26,692 nucleotides of DNA from a virus (IMGVR_UViG_3300008255_000418:1-26692), one strand, 5' to 3'. Counted from the stretch's first letter, positions 1-10,668 are shown. Numbers and translations are program-made. The notes: generated from the letters alone by a model not told the origin.

Positions 1-155
1 ATATATATATATATATAATAAATATAATATATAAATATAATATATAAATAAATATAATATATAAATAAATATAATATATAAATAAATATATATAATAAAT
101 ATAATATATAAATATAATATATAATATATAAATAAATAATTTATATTTATTATAA
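1..155. repeat. A/T-only low-complexity tandem repeat tract (unit AAATATAATATAT, some copies preceded by AAAT)
   Basis: No G or C until position 156. Exact AAATATAATATAT copies start at 20, 33, 50, 67, 97 and 110, after an (AT)n run at 1-16. Confidence 0.9.
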
Positions 156-172
156 CTTTAAATCAAAAAAAA

Positions 173-466
173 ATGGAAATAAAAATATTAATATTTTTAT
201 TTATAATTTCTTTAATAATTAATATAATATTTGGTATATTAATTTACAATTTAATATACAAAATTATAATAAAATATGAAAATTATATAATAGAAATCAA
301 ACGTAAATTTGAAGAAGGATATCGAATAATGAAACAAATTGATATAAAAAAATCTTTTTCAGATACAAATGGAGCATTCGAAAATGACGATGAAGTAGGA
401 ATGGTCTATAACAAAATAAAAGAAATTATTGTCATGCTAGATAACGAAATCAATGAAAACAAATGA
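173..466 (+). CDS. Small hypothetical membrane protein
   Basis: 97-aa ORF with a hydrophobic N-terminal helix (ILIFLFIISLIINIIFGILIY) and a C-terminal GAFENDDEVG motif. ATGA overlap with the next gene. Confidence 0.7.
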   Translation: MEIKILIFLFIISLIINIIFGILIYNLIYKIIIKYENYIIEIKRKFEEGYRIMKQIDIKKSFSDTNGAFENDDEVGMVYNKIKEIIVMLDNEINENK

Positions 467-1158
467 AATTATATTTCACAAAAGAAACAGAAAACAGTTT
501 AATAACTTTTATAAAAACAGATGATTTAGACGAAAAAAATTTAATATATACTTCGGAATTATACATAGAATTGGATGAAATGATTAGAATAAACATAAAT
601 GTCCATAAGTTTTTTCAAACAGGATTTGAAATAGATTCCTTAGTTCAAGAAGTTCATTTACATCTTATAGAAAAATTTAGAATATTTTCATGGAATGAAG
701 AAACAGGATTTGATAAATTTGACCCCGAAAAGGGTGGTGCATATTCATATTGTAATAGAATGATAAAAAATTTCCTGATACAATTACAAGAAAAAAATCA
801 ACGAAAACGTGATAGATTAGGCTTTACAAGTATAGATGATGACGAAAATTATTATAAAGAAACATATCATGAAGTAGTATCAGATTTTGATAATAAAGAA
901 ATTATAGAAACTTTAATCAGAACAGTTAAAAAAAATAGAAATACATTATTCAGTAAAGAAGATGATAAAATTATTTGCGATAATATAATTCTAATCTTAG
1001 AAGATGAACGTATAAACATAAATAACAAAAAATCATTTATAAATATCTATAAGAATATTCAGAAAGTCAAAGGTTATAAAATTAATAAAGTTTTAAATAT
1101 AATAAAAACAGTATATTTAAAGGTTAAAAGAAATTACATAGAATTAAATGTATCATGA
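463..1158 (+). CDS. Phage sigma-70-family (T4 gp55-like) transcription factor, putative late sigma
   Basis: 231 aa. N-terminal YFTKETE; region-2-like segment DSLVQEVHLHLIEKF...FDPEKGGAYSYCNRMIKNFL, resembling the sigma region 2 FDPxKG..xY motif. Confidence 0.65.
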   Translation: MKLYFTKETENSLITFIKTDDLDEKNLIYTSELYIELDEMIRININVHKFFQTGFEIDSLVQEVHLHLIEKFRIFSWNEETGFDKFDPEKGGAYSYCNRMIKNFLIQLQEKNQRKRDRLGFTSIDDDENYYKETYHEVVSDFDNKEIIETLIRTVKKNRNTLFSKEDDKIICDNIILILEDERININNKKSFINIYKNIQKVKGYKINKVLNIIKTVYLKVKRNYIELNVS

Positions 1159-1574
1159 CAAAAAAAAACGAAACCACATCGATTGAAGAAGCAATTATAC
1201 CAACAAAAGTTGATGTAATATTTAAATTTTTATTAATTTCATACTTAGAGAGAAAACAAGAATTGAAAGAAATAACTACAGTATTGAAATCGATGATGCA
1301 ACCAATAGACTTAGCAGAATTAAAAGATGATACAACAGGTTATTCTGAAACATTATTAGGATTCAATTCTGCCATAACTTCATCGATTTTAGAAATTCAA
1401 GAAACATTAATTAAAAATGATGAAAATTTTGCTAAAATATTAGAAACATTGCGTAAATATCAGGTAGAAAATGATAATTATGAAGAAACTGACGATTCAG
1501 TTATTGAACAAACATTAGTAAATGTAGAAAATGTAAATTATAATAGTATTATAAAAACACTTTCAAAATATTAA
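1155..1574 (+). CDS. Hypothetical alpha-helical/coiled-coil protein
   Basis: 139-aa ORF coupled to the sigma-like gene by an ATGA overlap. No recognisable catalytic motif. Confidence 0.7.
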   Translation: MTKKNETTSIEEAIIPTKVDVIFKFLLISYLERKQELKEITTVLKSMMQPIDLAELKDDTTGYSETLLGFNSAITSSILEIQETLIKNDENFAKILETLRKYQVENDNYEETDDSVIEQTLVNVENVNYNSIIKTLSKY

Positions 1575-1580
1575 AAATTT

Positions 1581-2666
1581 ATGTATGGAAATAATAAAAG
1601 AAAATCTGATAGAACATTCACATCCATAATAAGTTATGGTGATAAAGATAGTAACACCTTACTGTTAGGTATAGTAATCGATGTTATTACAATAGACCAT
1701 GAAGATTTTATAAAGAATGAAAATATTCCATACTTAGATAATAGAAATGCAATCATTTACTTACCAATAGGACAAAATCCTTCAACACCAAAATTGGCAA
1801 ATCTCCTGAACAAACGAGATTATGAACTACCATTAAAAAATGAAGCAATATTGGTTTTATCATCTATTGTTGGTGATGTAGTTATAGATACTTTTTCATT
1901 ATCCCCTAACATAAATTATGACCCACAAGTTGGACTATTAGCCAATAATGAGTCATTCATCAAAGATATTAAAACATTAGATTTTGAAAAAAATCAATTA
2001 GAACAAATTAAAAAATCAACCACAAAAGACTTACCACCATTTGCATCAAAAATTGGTTCAAAATATTTCTTAGGTAGAAATGGGCAGTATTTAATATTTG
2101 ATACACAAAAACGATTATTAGATGATGAAAAATCGGATGGTGATTTTATAAAAGTAGGATTTAGATTAGTAGAAAATGAAACTGAAACACCAGATGATAA
2201 TTGTATCATTATAGCGAATAATGAAAAAATACAAAAAATGTTTTCGGATAGATTAGAAAATAAATACAACATTTCAGTTGATGATGAACCGATGAATGGT
2301 ATAGGGTTTCAAGATGATGAAGTATATCTAAAGGGGAATCGATTTATTATTTTCTATTCTAAAAAAGATTTATTAGTATATGCCGAAGAAGTATTAAACA
2401 TTATAAGTAAAAAACAGATTCTTATTGATTCTGAAAAGATTCAAATTGGTGAAAATGCAAATCAAAAGGCAGTACGAGGTGAAGATATGGTTAAAATGAT
2501 TAATGAATTCTTTTCTATTATTGAAGAATTACCATTGAAATTACTTACTCCTATTGGAACAACTTTAGGTGCATCTCCTGATGTAATTGCTAAAATGGCA
2601 AACTTTAGAGCAAAATATTTATCAACGAGCAACCCAATCCTTTCAAAAAAAATACTTATTGAATAA
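1581..2666 (+). CDS. Baseplate central spike/hub protein (gp5/gpV-like)
   Basis: 361 aa. N-terminal OB-fold-like pattern (GIVIDVI...ELPLKNEAILVL), beta-helix-like repeats near the C-terminus, and a spike-type tail IQIGENANQKAVRGEDM...TPIG. Lies upstream of gp25/gp6-like genes. Confidence 0.6.
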   Translation: MYGNNKRKSDRTFTSIISYGDKDSNTLLLGIVIDVITIDHEDFIKNENIPYLDNRNAIIYLPIGQNPSTPKLANLLNKRDYELPLKNEAILVLSSIVGDVVIDTFSLSPNINYDPQVGLLANNESFIKDIKTLDFEKNQLEQIKKSTTKDLPPFASKIGSKYFLGRNGQYLIFDTQKRLLDDEKSDGDFIKVGFRLVENETETPDDNCIIIANNEKIQKMFSDRLENKYNISVDDEPMNGIGFQDDEVYLKGNRFIIFYSKKDLLVYAEEVLNIISKKQILIDSEKIQIGENANQKAVRGEDMVKMINEFFSIIEELPLKLLTPIGTTLGASPDVIAKMANFRAKYLSTSNPILSKKILIE

Positions 2667-2671
2667 TTAAT
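2663..2671 (+). promoter_or_regulatory. Candidate late-promoter element ATAATTAAT
   Basis: Exact 9-mer ending 16 nt before the ATG at 2688. The same 9-mer precedes the genes at 10669, 13931, 20004 and 22026. Confidence 0.4.
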
Positions 2672-2687
2672 AACAAATACAATTATT

Positions 2688-3149
2688 ATGGCAGAACCAA
2701 CATCAAAAAAACCAAACCCATCTACTACAATTATAGACCATTTAGCTAAAATTTTATCTACATTTGCTAAAACTTTAATTAAAGATATAAGAGTCATCGT
2801 TAGGGAAGAAATAGAATATGCTTTATCAAAAAGTATATCACAAGTACAATCATCACCATCTAGACTTAAAGAATCACAAGAACACATAGTGTTTGATGGT
2901 GATTATGACGATGATGAAGAATTATCATATAAAGGAAAATCCGCAGAAGAAATTAGAAGAGAAATCAATGCTTCTCGTAATCCTCAACGTGGTAATGGTA
3001 TGATGAATGAATCCATAAGAATCAATCCAAATGATATGTTTGCTGATGCATCTATCAGTTGGGATAATGACTCACTGAGAGAAGTTCCTGTACCAAGAAA
3101 CCCTGAAATTGAAAAACGAATAGTTAGAGATTATAGCGATTTAATTTAA
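2688..3149 (+). CDS. Hypothetical protein
   Basis: 153-aa ORF with a helical KDIRVIVREEI segment, an acidic tract DGDYDDDEE and a C-terminal RDYSDLI. Confidence 0.7.
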   Translation: MAEPTSKKPNPSTTIIDHLAKILSTFAKTLIKDIRVIVREEIEYALSKSISQVQSSPSRLKESQEHIVFDGDYDDDEELSYKGKSAEEIRREINASRNPQRGNGMMNESIRINPNDMFADASISWDNDSLREVPVPRNPEIEKRIVRDYSDLI

Positions 3150-3154
3150 AATAA

Positions 3155-3583
3155 ATGTCTACATCAACATACCGTATAAATGATTATGAATTACCTTTAT
3201 CATCCGTTATCACATTAACGAATGGGAAAATTACTACTAATAAAAGTTTGGATGCAAACATAGATTATAAAACTGTTATTATAAATCAAATGAAAATGAT
3301 GCTAAGTACTCCAAAGGGTAGTAGAATACGAGATAAAAATTATGGTACGACTATTTATCGTTATATAGGGTATCAAAAAACCAATGAAAATGCTAGTATT
3401 ATCAAACAACTAATTACAAATGAATTGACAAGTAATTTTAGAAACAGTATTAGGAATCTTCAATCTACAGTAACACCTGATACAGTAAACAATACATTTG
3501 ATATTAAAATAACATTTGATGTAATTCATAAAAGAACTAAAATATTTGTAGCTGATGCTATAGTAACATATCAATTAAAATAA
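3155..3583 (+). CDS. Baseplate wedge/sheath-initiator protein (GPW/gp25 family)
   Basis: 142 aa with the gp25 signature MMLSTPKGSRIRDKNYGT (L.T.xGER...xFG). Directly upstream of a gp6/J-like gene. Confidence 0.85.
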   Translation: MSTSTYRINDYELPLSSVITLTNGKITTNKSLDANIDYKTVIINQMKMMLSTPKGSRIRDKNYGTTIYRYIGYQKTNENASIIKQLITNELTSNFRNSIRNLQSTVTPDTVNNTFDIKITFDVIHKRTKIFVADAIVTYQLK

Positions 3584-3584
3584 A

Positions 3585-5402
3585 ATGGCAGAAACAAAAC
3601 AGATAAAATATACTAATAAATCATTTTCAAATATCATTGAAGAATTTGGAACTTATGCAAAACAATATTTCCCCGACTTTTTTAGTAATATGACTGATGT
3701 ATATTCCATAGAACGTTTGATTGCTGAATTTGTAGCATATCAAGCAGATGTTTTAAACTTCCAAATTAATGACACTTATAGACAATTATTACGACAATAT
3801 GCAACAGACAACGAAGCTATTTTTAGAAATGCTAAATCTTTAGGATATAAAATACAAACATCAAAAGTTGCAGTAGGATATGTTAGATTTTCTCAATTAG
3901 TTCCTGCGATATCGAGTTCAGGTACTTATATCCCTGATACATCATATTGTGCAATTATCAATAGTGGGGCAACAGTTTCCAATGTGAATGGTGCTATAAC
4001 ATATACAACAATCGAAGAATGCGATTTTTCTGAATATGATAGCACATTAACTGATGTTACACAATTTAATGCAGAAAACCCATCTCAGTTTCGTATTTAC
4101 AAAGATATCAAAGTACGTTCAGGTGAAAAAGTAATTAAAAAACTTACTATAACCGATGCAATATCATATAAAACATTGTATGTTGATGATAATGTTGCAT
4201 TTATAGAATCAGTAGTTGATGAAGAAGGTAACACATGGTATGAAGTAGATTATTTAGCCCAAGATTATATTTTTCATAAAGTTCAAAATAATGGTACGGT
4301 AAAAGAATATGTTCCATTTGCAGAAGAAACTCCATTTGTTTTAAAAATGAAAAAAGTTTCTAGAAGATTTATAGTAGATAGAAAATCTGATGGTAGATGT
4401 TACCTAATGTTCGGTTCAGGAAAAGATGTAATTAACAATGATTTATTAGCTTTATCAGCAGATGATATTTTATCGAATAATGAGATTGCAAATCTAAATC
4501 TATCATCGACTGTAATCGCCGATGGGTTCACTAAATCTGACTCCTATGGTTTGACACCATACAATACGACACTAACTATAGGTTATGTGATTACAAGAGG
4601 GCAGACCGAAAATTTAAAGTCTAACAACGTAACAAATTTGGTTAATGTAAGACCTACTTTTACACAAACCGTATCCGATGAAATTTTAAATTCAATACGA
4701 GTTACAAATCCTACTTCAATTGTTGGTGCAGATATTTTAACTGATTTTTCTAAGATTCAACAAGAATCGATGGGAGCATTTGTGTCTCAAAATAGATGTG
4801 TTACTGTAGAAGACTATATGATTCGTGTTAAATTACTTCCAAGTTATTTCGGTGGTATATCTAAGTCCTTTGTAGAACGCAATATGGCTCAACCATCAAC
4901 ATTAGATGTTTATGTACTAAGTAAGGACAATTTAGGTTATGCAATACATTCAAATACATTGACAAAAACAAATGTGATGAATTATATAAATGAATTCAGA
5001 ATGATTGGTACTAAACTTATCATCAAAGATGCTTATATAATTAATTTTGGGGTTTACTTTGATTACAATGTACTCAAAGGATACGATAAGAATTTAATTT
5101 TTTTGGATATATCAAAGCGTATTGAAGAATATTTTAAACCTGAACGTTGGGAAATAAATCAACCGATTGTTATTGAAGATTTTAAATTATATTTATATGG
5201 TATAGATGGATTAGCTTCAATCAATAATATAACATTCAAATGTATAAATGATGAAGGGTATTCGAATGCGTATTATATGATGGACATTTCGGATAATAAT
5301 TCTCATTATGATAAAAATAAAGGGGTATTATATCCACCTGCGTATCCATCGTTATTCGAATTAAAAAATCCAAAAAATAATATAAAGGGAAGATATGTTT
5401 AA
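3585..5402 (+). CDS. Baseplate wedge protein (T4 gp6 / baseplate J-like)
   Basis: 605 aa. Motifs YTNKSFSNI...EFVAYQADVLNFQIN...AKSLGYK, LMFGSG, QNRCVTVEDY and FKPERWEINQPI are typical of gp6-like proteins. Confidence 0.88.
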   Translation: MAETKQIKYTNKSFSNIIEEFGTYAKQYFPDFFSNMTDVYSIERLIAEFVAYQADVLNFQINDTYRQLLRQYATDNEAIFRNAKSLGYKIQTSKVAVGYVRFSQLVPAISSSGTYIPDTSYCAIINSGATVSNVNGAITYTTIEECDFSEYDSTLTDVTQFNAENPSQFRIYKDIKVRSGEKVIKKLTITDAISYKTLYVDDNVAFIESVVDEEGNTWYEVDYLAQDYIFHKVQNNGTVKEYVPFAEETPFVLKMKKVSRRFIVDRKSDGRCYLMFGSGKDVINNDLLALSADDILSNNEIANLNLSSTVIADGFTKSDSYGLTPYNTTLTIGYVITRGQTENLKSNNVTNLVNVRPTFTQTVSDEILNSIRVTNPTSIVGADILTDFSKIQQESMGAFVSQNRCVTVEDYMIRVKLLPSYFGGISKSFVERNMAQPSTLDVYVLSKDNLGYAIHSNTLTKTNVMNYINEFRMIGTKLIIKDAYIINFGVYFDYNVLKGYDKNLIFLDISKRIEEYFKPERWEINQPIVIEDFKLYLYGIDGLASINNITFKCINDEGYSNAYYMMDISDNNSHYDKNKGVLYPPAYPSLFELKNPKNNIKGRYV

Positions 5403-6384
5403 TATATTTAGATTATATGATGATACTTCAATCAATACAGAAGAAAAAGATGGTAATAATGGTTTAAACCCACAAGGATTTGTGTATAACTATACTACAA
5501 ATGGAGTACAAAAAGAATCTAGATATTTATTTAAATTGGATATAGATAATATCATAGATAATATAGCAGGAGTATATACAGATTATACTGCTTCACTGAC
5601 ATTTTTTTCATCTGATATTACATTTAAACACAATTCTTCTGATATTCATTTTTCTATATATCCATTATCAGAATCATATCAATCGGGAACAGGTTATATC
5701 AATGATATAAATGTCGGTGCTTCATGGAATCAAAAGGATACTGAAAACAATTGGGTAACAACGGGTTCAACCTATTTAGGTGATATTGAATTTTCAAGTT
5801 CTATTAATAACCAATTCAATTTAGAATTTGATTTATTCCCAATAATTGATGCGTATATTAGTGGAAGTTTTGATAATAATGGATTTGTACTATTAACATC
5901 TGATGAAATTTATAAATTTGCTTTTTATGGTGTAGATAGTGATTCAAGTTTTAATCCTATAATCGTATTAAAAAATGATACAGTAACTAATAATGTAGAA
6001 TCTGCATCCGTATATACATCATCTTATGTAAATGATATTTCAATATATAAATTGGCTCATAAAACGAGTTACACTATTGGAGAAAATGTTATTATACCTT
6101 TTTCGTTTGAACATGTTTTTAAACCACGTGAGTTTAATTATACATTGACAGATTATTACATTGAAAACGTTAGATATGACATATTAGATGGAAATTCTGA
6201 TAATATTTTAGTTGCTGATGTACTATGTGATATAAATAAAGTCAACGTGATAAATTTTAATACTGATTCATTTAAAGAAGGGGATTACAAAATTCATATA
6301 AAATATTCCTCGTTAGGGTATAATTATATTGATAGAACAACTAAAATCGGTATACATGGAAGTCAAAATAATTACAGATACTAA
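5395..6384 (+). CDS. Virion protein with a DNRLRE/CBM96-like domain
   Basis: 329 aa. Pattern SRYLFKLDI...ASLTFF...IYPLSESYQSG...ASWN...WVTTGS...FDLFPII...NNGFVL...FYGVDS...PIIVL fits DNRLRE (disaggregatase-like) domains. Confidence 0.6.
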   Translation: MFNIFRLYDDTSINTEEKDGNNGLNPQGFVYNYTTNGVQKESRYLFKLDIDNIIDNIAGVYTDYTASLTFFSSDITFKHNSSDIHFSIYPLSESYQSGTGYINDINVGASWNQKDTENNWVTTGSTYLGDIEFSSSINNQFNLEFDLFPIIDAYISGSFDNNGFVLLTSDEIYKFAFYGVDSDSSFNPIIVLKNDTVTNNVESASVYTSSYVNDISIYKLAHKTSYTIGENVIIPFSFEHVFKPREFNYTLTDYYIENVRYDILDGNSDNILVADVLCDINKVNVINFNTDSFKEGDYKIHIKYSSLGYNYIDRTTKIGIHGSQNNYRY

Positions 6385-7810
6385 AGGGTATGTAACATTA
6401 GGTTATGTAGATTCGAAGATTATAGAAAATTTTGAGAATCTTTCTATATCAATGAATCAAAATACTAATACGATTAAAGAAAATAAAGCTTTAGAAAATA
6501 AAGCTCAGTTAGTAAGTATCCCTAAATTATCAATCGATACTAATAATGCAAAATCGCAATTTAAATTAAATCATTCGAAACCAATAACTAATGTAGAATG
6601 GTATTTAAATGATAATGTTTTACCCGTTGTATCGAATACAATTGTTTATGAAGCAAATACAAATTTTTTCAAGCGTGACAATATTATTAGAATAAAATAC
6701 GATTATAAAGGTTCAACATATTCATGGGAATATAAGTTTGTTTATGATTTACAATCGATAAATGAAGAAGAAACTAATACTGAAAATTTTACTAATAATG
6801 TAATATATGATATGCAAATTGTTGCTATGAATGGTGTTGAAATTGATGCATTTGATAAAAAAACACTTAAATTTTATATACAATTATATAAAGATAGTAA
6901 TCAGATACCATATGATTTAAAAAATATCAAATGGTATTTAAATGATAAAGAATATATAAACAATCAATTAATAGTAGAATTAACGTATAATCAATTAAAG
7001 ACATATCCAACAGTTTCACTAAAAGCAGTTATTAATGATGAAGTTATATCTGCAACTAAAGAAATTGTTATTACTAATTTAAACTATGATGTACCCGATA
7101 CTACTAAACCTAATACAAACCCCAATACTGAATATGATTTACAAATTATACCATCTAATGGTGTAATTGTAGATACAAGTAAAAAAACACCTTTGGAATT
7201 TACAGTAGCATTATATAAAGGGTCTGTTAATATACCAATCGATTATAGTTATGCCACGTGGTATTTGGGTAATGAAGAAATTGCCACTGCAAATTCAACG
7301 ATTGAATTGAGTTATAACCAATTGAAATCAATATCATCAATACCATTAAAAGTGATATTCAACGAGTGGACACCGATTAGCAAAGAAATTACTATTGTTA
7401 ATTATAACCCAAAACCACCAGATGGTAGTAATACGGGAGATGAATCACAAAATATTGAATTAATGATAGATTCAGATGAATTACAATTCAATGCTCTTAA
7501 TAATTCATCACAACAATTTCCTATTATACTCGATGAATCAGTTATTATAAATGTTTTTTTATATGATATTGATAATAATACTAAAGTTGAAGTTGATACA
7601 TACACCTATGAAATTGATGGTGGGGAATCTATACAGATACCATATATCGAGTGGGCTATAAATGATGTTGTAGTACCAAATTATAGCCCTGATATAAGAA
7701 ATTTTTTTATTGATATATCAAAATTAAATGAAGGTATGAATAGTGTTACAGTAACTATACCAAAAAATGATATAATATATACTAAAAATATATTTGTAGC
7801 AAAAAATTAA
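6356..7810 (+). CDS. Virion protein with tandem Ig-like repeats
   Basis: The ATG at 6356 (MEVKII) is more plausible than the TTG at 6329. Two clear ~95-aa repeats start at 6806 and 7133, with WYLND/WYLGN cores and Pro/Thr/Asn linkers. Confidence 0.7.
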   Translation: MEVKIITDTKGYVTLGYVDSKIIENFENLSISMNQNTNTIKENKALENKAQLVSIPKLSIDTNNAKSQFKLNHSKPITNVEWYLNDNVLPVVSNTIVYEANTNFFKRDNIIRIKYDYKGSTYSWEYKFVYDLQSINEEETNTENFTNNVIYDMQIVAMNGVEIDAFDKKTLKFYIQLYKDSNQIPYDLKNIKWYLNDKEYINNQLIVELTYNQLKTYPTVSLKAVINDEVISATKEIVITNLNYDVPDTTKPNTNPNTEYDLQIIPSNGVIVDTSKKTPLEFTVALYKGSVNIPIDYSYATWYLGNEEIATANSTIELSYNQLKSISSIPLKVIFNEWTPISKEITIVNYNPKPPDGSNTGDESQNIELMIDSDELQFNALNNSSQQFPIILDESVIINVFLYDIDNNTKVEVDTYTYEIDGGESIQIPYIEWAINDVVVPNYSPDIRNFFIDISKLNEGMNSVTVTIPKNDIIYTKNIFVAKN

Positions 7811-7829
7811 AACGATAATATAAATATAA

Positions 7830-10655
7830 ATGATTGATTATATACCTAATAAACCTTTATATACTATCATAAATGATACAAAAATATCAATAGATAATTA
7901 TGTAACAAATAATGAATTAAATATAATACGATTAATTAATGATTATTCTTTAGGTAATAATTACGAATTATATATTGAACAATCTGAACAAATTACAAAT
8001 CAATTTGAAAAAATAAATACTAATGGTTCAATTATTAATTTAATACATTCAGATAAAGAAATTATTGATAATATTATAGATATTTTAAAATCTAATTCTA
8101 AAATTACATTATTGATTAATAATATATCTTATAATATAAAATCATATTTACAAAATGTAGAGTCACCAACAGAACTGATTATAGAATTAGAATCCGAAAT
8201 TGCTGATGAAGTTGAAACAGTAACATTTTATATTTTATATAGTTCGAATACTATTAATATAACATTTGAGTCTGAGGAAGAATCAGATTTAGTAATTTTA
8301 TCATCACATAGGGATACTAATTTAACCAATTACTACAATACTACTACTAAAAAGGATGATACCTATAAAACATATCAAACAGAACATGATTTATATTCGG
8401 CATTATCATCATCGGTATTTGCAAATTTATCATTTGATGAATTTAACATAGACTTTTCGGATTTTAATAATCATATCTTTTTTAGTTCAGCAAAAGCCAA
8501 AGTGTTAAATGCAACTAATAAATTTAATACGTTTTATGAAATGAATGAAGCATCGTCTTCTTATTATAATAATACACAACGTCAAGATTTTATAACAAAA
8601 TTTAGCCCTTATGAAAAATGGTTATATGTAAATAAGTATGCAAATTTATCATTCGAGGATTTTACAACTTATATAACCGATTTAGTATCTGATGCAGAAG
8701 TTTATGATGATAGTAATCAAAACATGATTTGGAATTCAGTGCCAATGGGAATTTTAGAAGGTGACACATCAGGATACTTTAGTAACCTTCTATTATTGTT
8801 TGCAGAAATATTTGACACATTTTATTTATACAATGCTTCTTTATCGTTATTAAACGAAAATCCACATTTGGGAAACACGATTAATACTAAAAGCATCAAA
8901 GATAAATTAGAACATCTAGGTTTCACCGATGATTTTTTCTATTCAACAGAAACATTATTGGCTTATTATAATGGTTCATCATCGGAAAAATGGGCTGATA
9001 GTTTAAAATATGTTAGTGAGCAAATAGCTAAACGTTTATTACACAATTTACCCAATTTCTATCAGTCTAAAGGTACATTAAAAGTTTTAAAACAGTTGAT
9101 GAATGTTTATTCAATTCCTTCAAATTTTTTTGAAATTATAGAATTTAATAAACCGTCTGAATTGACAAGTTCTGTTGAAATGAAATGGAGTGAAAATTGG
9201 TGGTATCTTAAAAAAACTCAAGATATTACATGTAGTTTAAATGTATCTTCTATAGAGTTATCAGAAAATGTAACATTTGAATTTGTAGTTAATAATTTTA
9301 ATCAATCTACTATTAATATTGCTACATTTGGTGGAAATGAATTTAATTTGATATCATCGGGTTCTTATTATGCAGTTGAATACAAACAATCGGGGTCGGT
9401 TGAGTATACATCATCATATGTGATTCCTAATAATAACAATTGGACTTACATTGGTATAACAAAAGATATTAATAATTCTTCATCGATATTCATCCTACAA
9501 CAAGATGAATTTGGGGATTTAATAAATAGAAATGAATTTAACGTAGATTCAATGTCGTATGGCACATTTGATACAATAGAACTATTAGATAATAGTGAAG
9601 CATCTATAACAGAGTTTAAGATATTCAATTCCGTTTTAACAGATGAAGAAATGTTAGACCACGCACAAGATTTTAGGTCTATCGCAGAGATTGAAGTTAC
9701 TAGTTCATTAATTTCTAAATTTACATTTTTAAAAAATACAGGTTCGTTGAGTAATAACGATTATACATTAACTATTACCAACGCTGATAACAATGATTAT
9801 CTAATTGATGAATTTTATTCTTTATCATCAGTATCATCGGTGAATGATATTTATACAAATAAGATGATATTTTTAGATAGTCCCGTGGAAACATCTGATA
9901 TAGTTTCTTTATATGAAGATTCCCGTATAGATAGTAATATTTATAGCAATGAGCCATATACACCAAAGTTAGGAATTTTTATATCACCTAGTGAAGAGAT
10001 AAATAGACAAATAGTTAGAAAAATAGTTACCGATTATGAAATAATTCCTGATAATTTATTAGAATATAATGAAGTATTCAAAACAGAATTGGATAATAAA
10101 TACCATTTAGATAATTTGGGGGATAAATATTCCAACATGACGTATTACAATTTTATATATTCATTATTAGATAAAAAAATATTTAAAATTTTTGAAAAAT
10201 TTGTTCCTGCGAATATACAGTTTGAATATGGTATAATGATTAAAAATCATATTTTAAAAACTAATAAATATAAAGTTAGACCTGCTAAATTATCTATTCG
10301 TGCAAATGAAATACGATTATATGAAGATAATGATAGGATAACAAGTAATCATAAACAAAAACTTGAAGCAATATTAGTAGATAATGCTACTATTACCAAT
10401 GAACATAAATATGTTCAAAATGTAATGATATCTACTGTCGATGTGATAAATTCTAATAGAATAGTAGTATTTAATAAATCTATAACGTTACCTTTAAAAA
10501 AAGGAAATTTATTATACTTAAATGAAGTAAATACAAATCCTGATAGTTTATTATCATTTCAAATAAAAAATAATATAGCAGGAAATAAATTTAAAACGTA
10601 TGATTCTCCAATCGAAACTATAATTAATGGTGGAGCAACATTTATAAAACGATAA
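7830..10655 (+). CDS. Large baseplate/tail protein (T4 gp7 / P2 gpI-like motif) with a LamG/concanavalin-like domain
   Basis: 941 aa. RLLHNLPNFYQSKGTLKVLKQLMNVY (gpI/gp7-like KGT motif), LamG-like VTFEF...NNNWTYIGIT...ITEFKIFNSVLTDEEM, and C-terminal EKFVPAN. Confidence 0.7.
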   Translation: MIDYIPNKPLYTIINDTKISIDNYVTNNELNIIRLINDYSLGNNYELYIEQSEQITNQFEKINTNGSIINLIHSDKEIIDNIIDILKSNSKITLLINNISYNIKSYLQNVESPTELIIELESEIADEVETVTFYILYSSNTINITFESEEESDLVILSSHRDTNLTNYYNTTTKKDDTYKTYQTEHDLYSALSSSVFANLSFDEFNIDFSDFNNHIFFSSAKAKVLNATNKFNTFYEMNEASSSYYNNTQRQDFITKFSPYEKWLYVNKYANLSFEDFTTYITDLVSDAEVYDDSNQNMIWNSVPMGILEGDTSGYFSNLLLLFAEIFDTFYLYNASLSLLNENPHLGNTINTKSIKDKLEHLGFTDDFFYSTETLLAYYNGSSSEKWADSLKYVSEQIAKRLLHNLPNFYQSKGTLKVLKQLMNVYSIPSNFFEIIEFNKPSELTSSVEMKWSENWWYLKKTQDITCSLNVSSIELSENVTFEFVVNNFNQSTINIATFGGNEFNLISSGSYYAVEYKQSGSVEYTSSYVIPNNNNWTYIGITKDINNSSSIFILQQDEFGDLINRNEFNVDSMSYGTFDTIELLDNSEASITEFKIFNSVLTDEEMLDHAQDFRSIAEIEVTSSLISKFTFLKNTGSLSNNDYTLTITNADNNDYLIDEFYSLSSVSSVNDIYTNKMIFLDSPVETSDIVSLYEDSRIDSNIYSNEPYTPKLGIFISPSEEINRQIVRKIVTDYEIIPDNLLEYNEVFKTELDNKYHLDNLGDKYSNMTYYNFIYSLLDKKIFKIFEKFVPANIQFEYGIMIKNHILKTNKYKVRPAKLSIRANEIRLYEDNDRITSNHKQKLEAILVDNATITNEHKYVQNVMISTVDVINSNRIVVFNKSITLPLKKGNLLYLNEVNTNPDSLLSFQIKNNIAGNKFKTYDSPIETIINGGATFIKR
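10620..10628 (+). promoter_or_regulatory. Candidate late-promoter element ATAATTAAT
   Basis: Exact 9-mer inside the 3' end of the preceding gene, ending 40 nt before the ATG at 10669. Confidence 0.3.
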
Positions 10656-10668
10656 ATAATAAAACAAT

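Noticed and set aside
1-155. CRISPR array
   Set aside because: The repeats are short, A/T-only and adjacent, with no unique spacers and no cas genes.
7819-7826. T4-type late promoter TATAAATA just upstream of 7830
   Set aside because: It is the only copy I noticed at a gene start outside the A/T tract, and it is easily produced by chance at this AT content.
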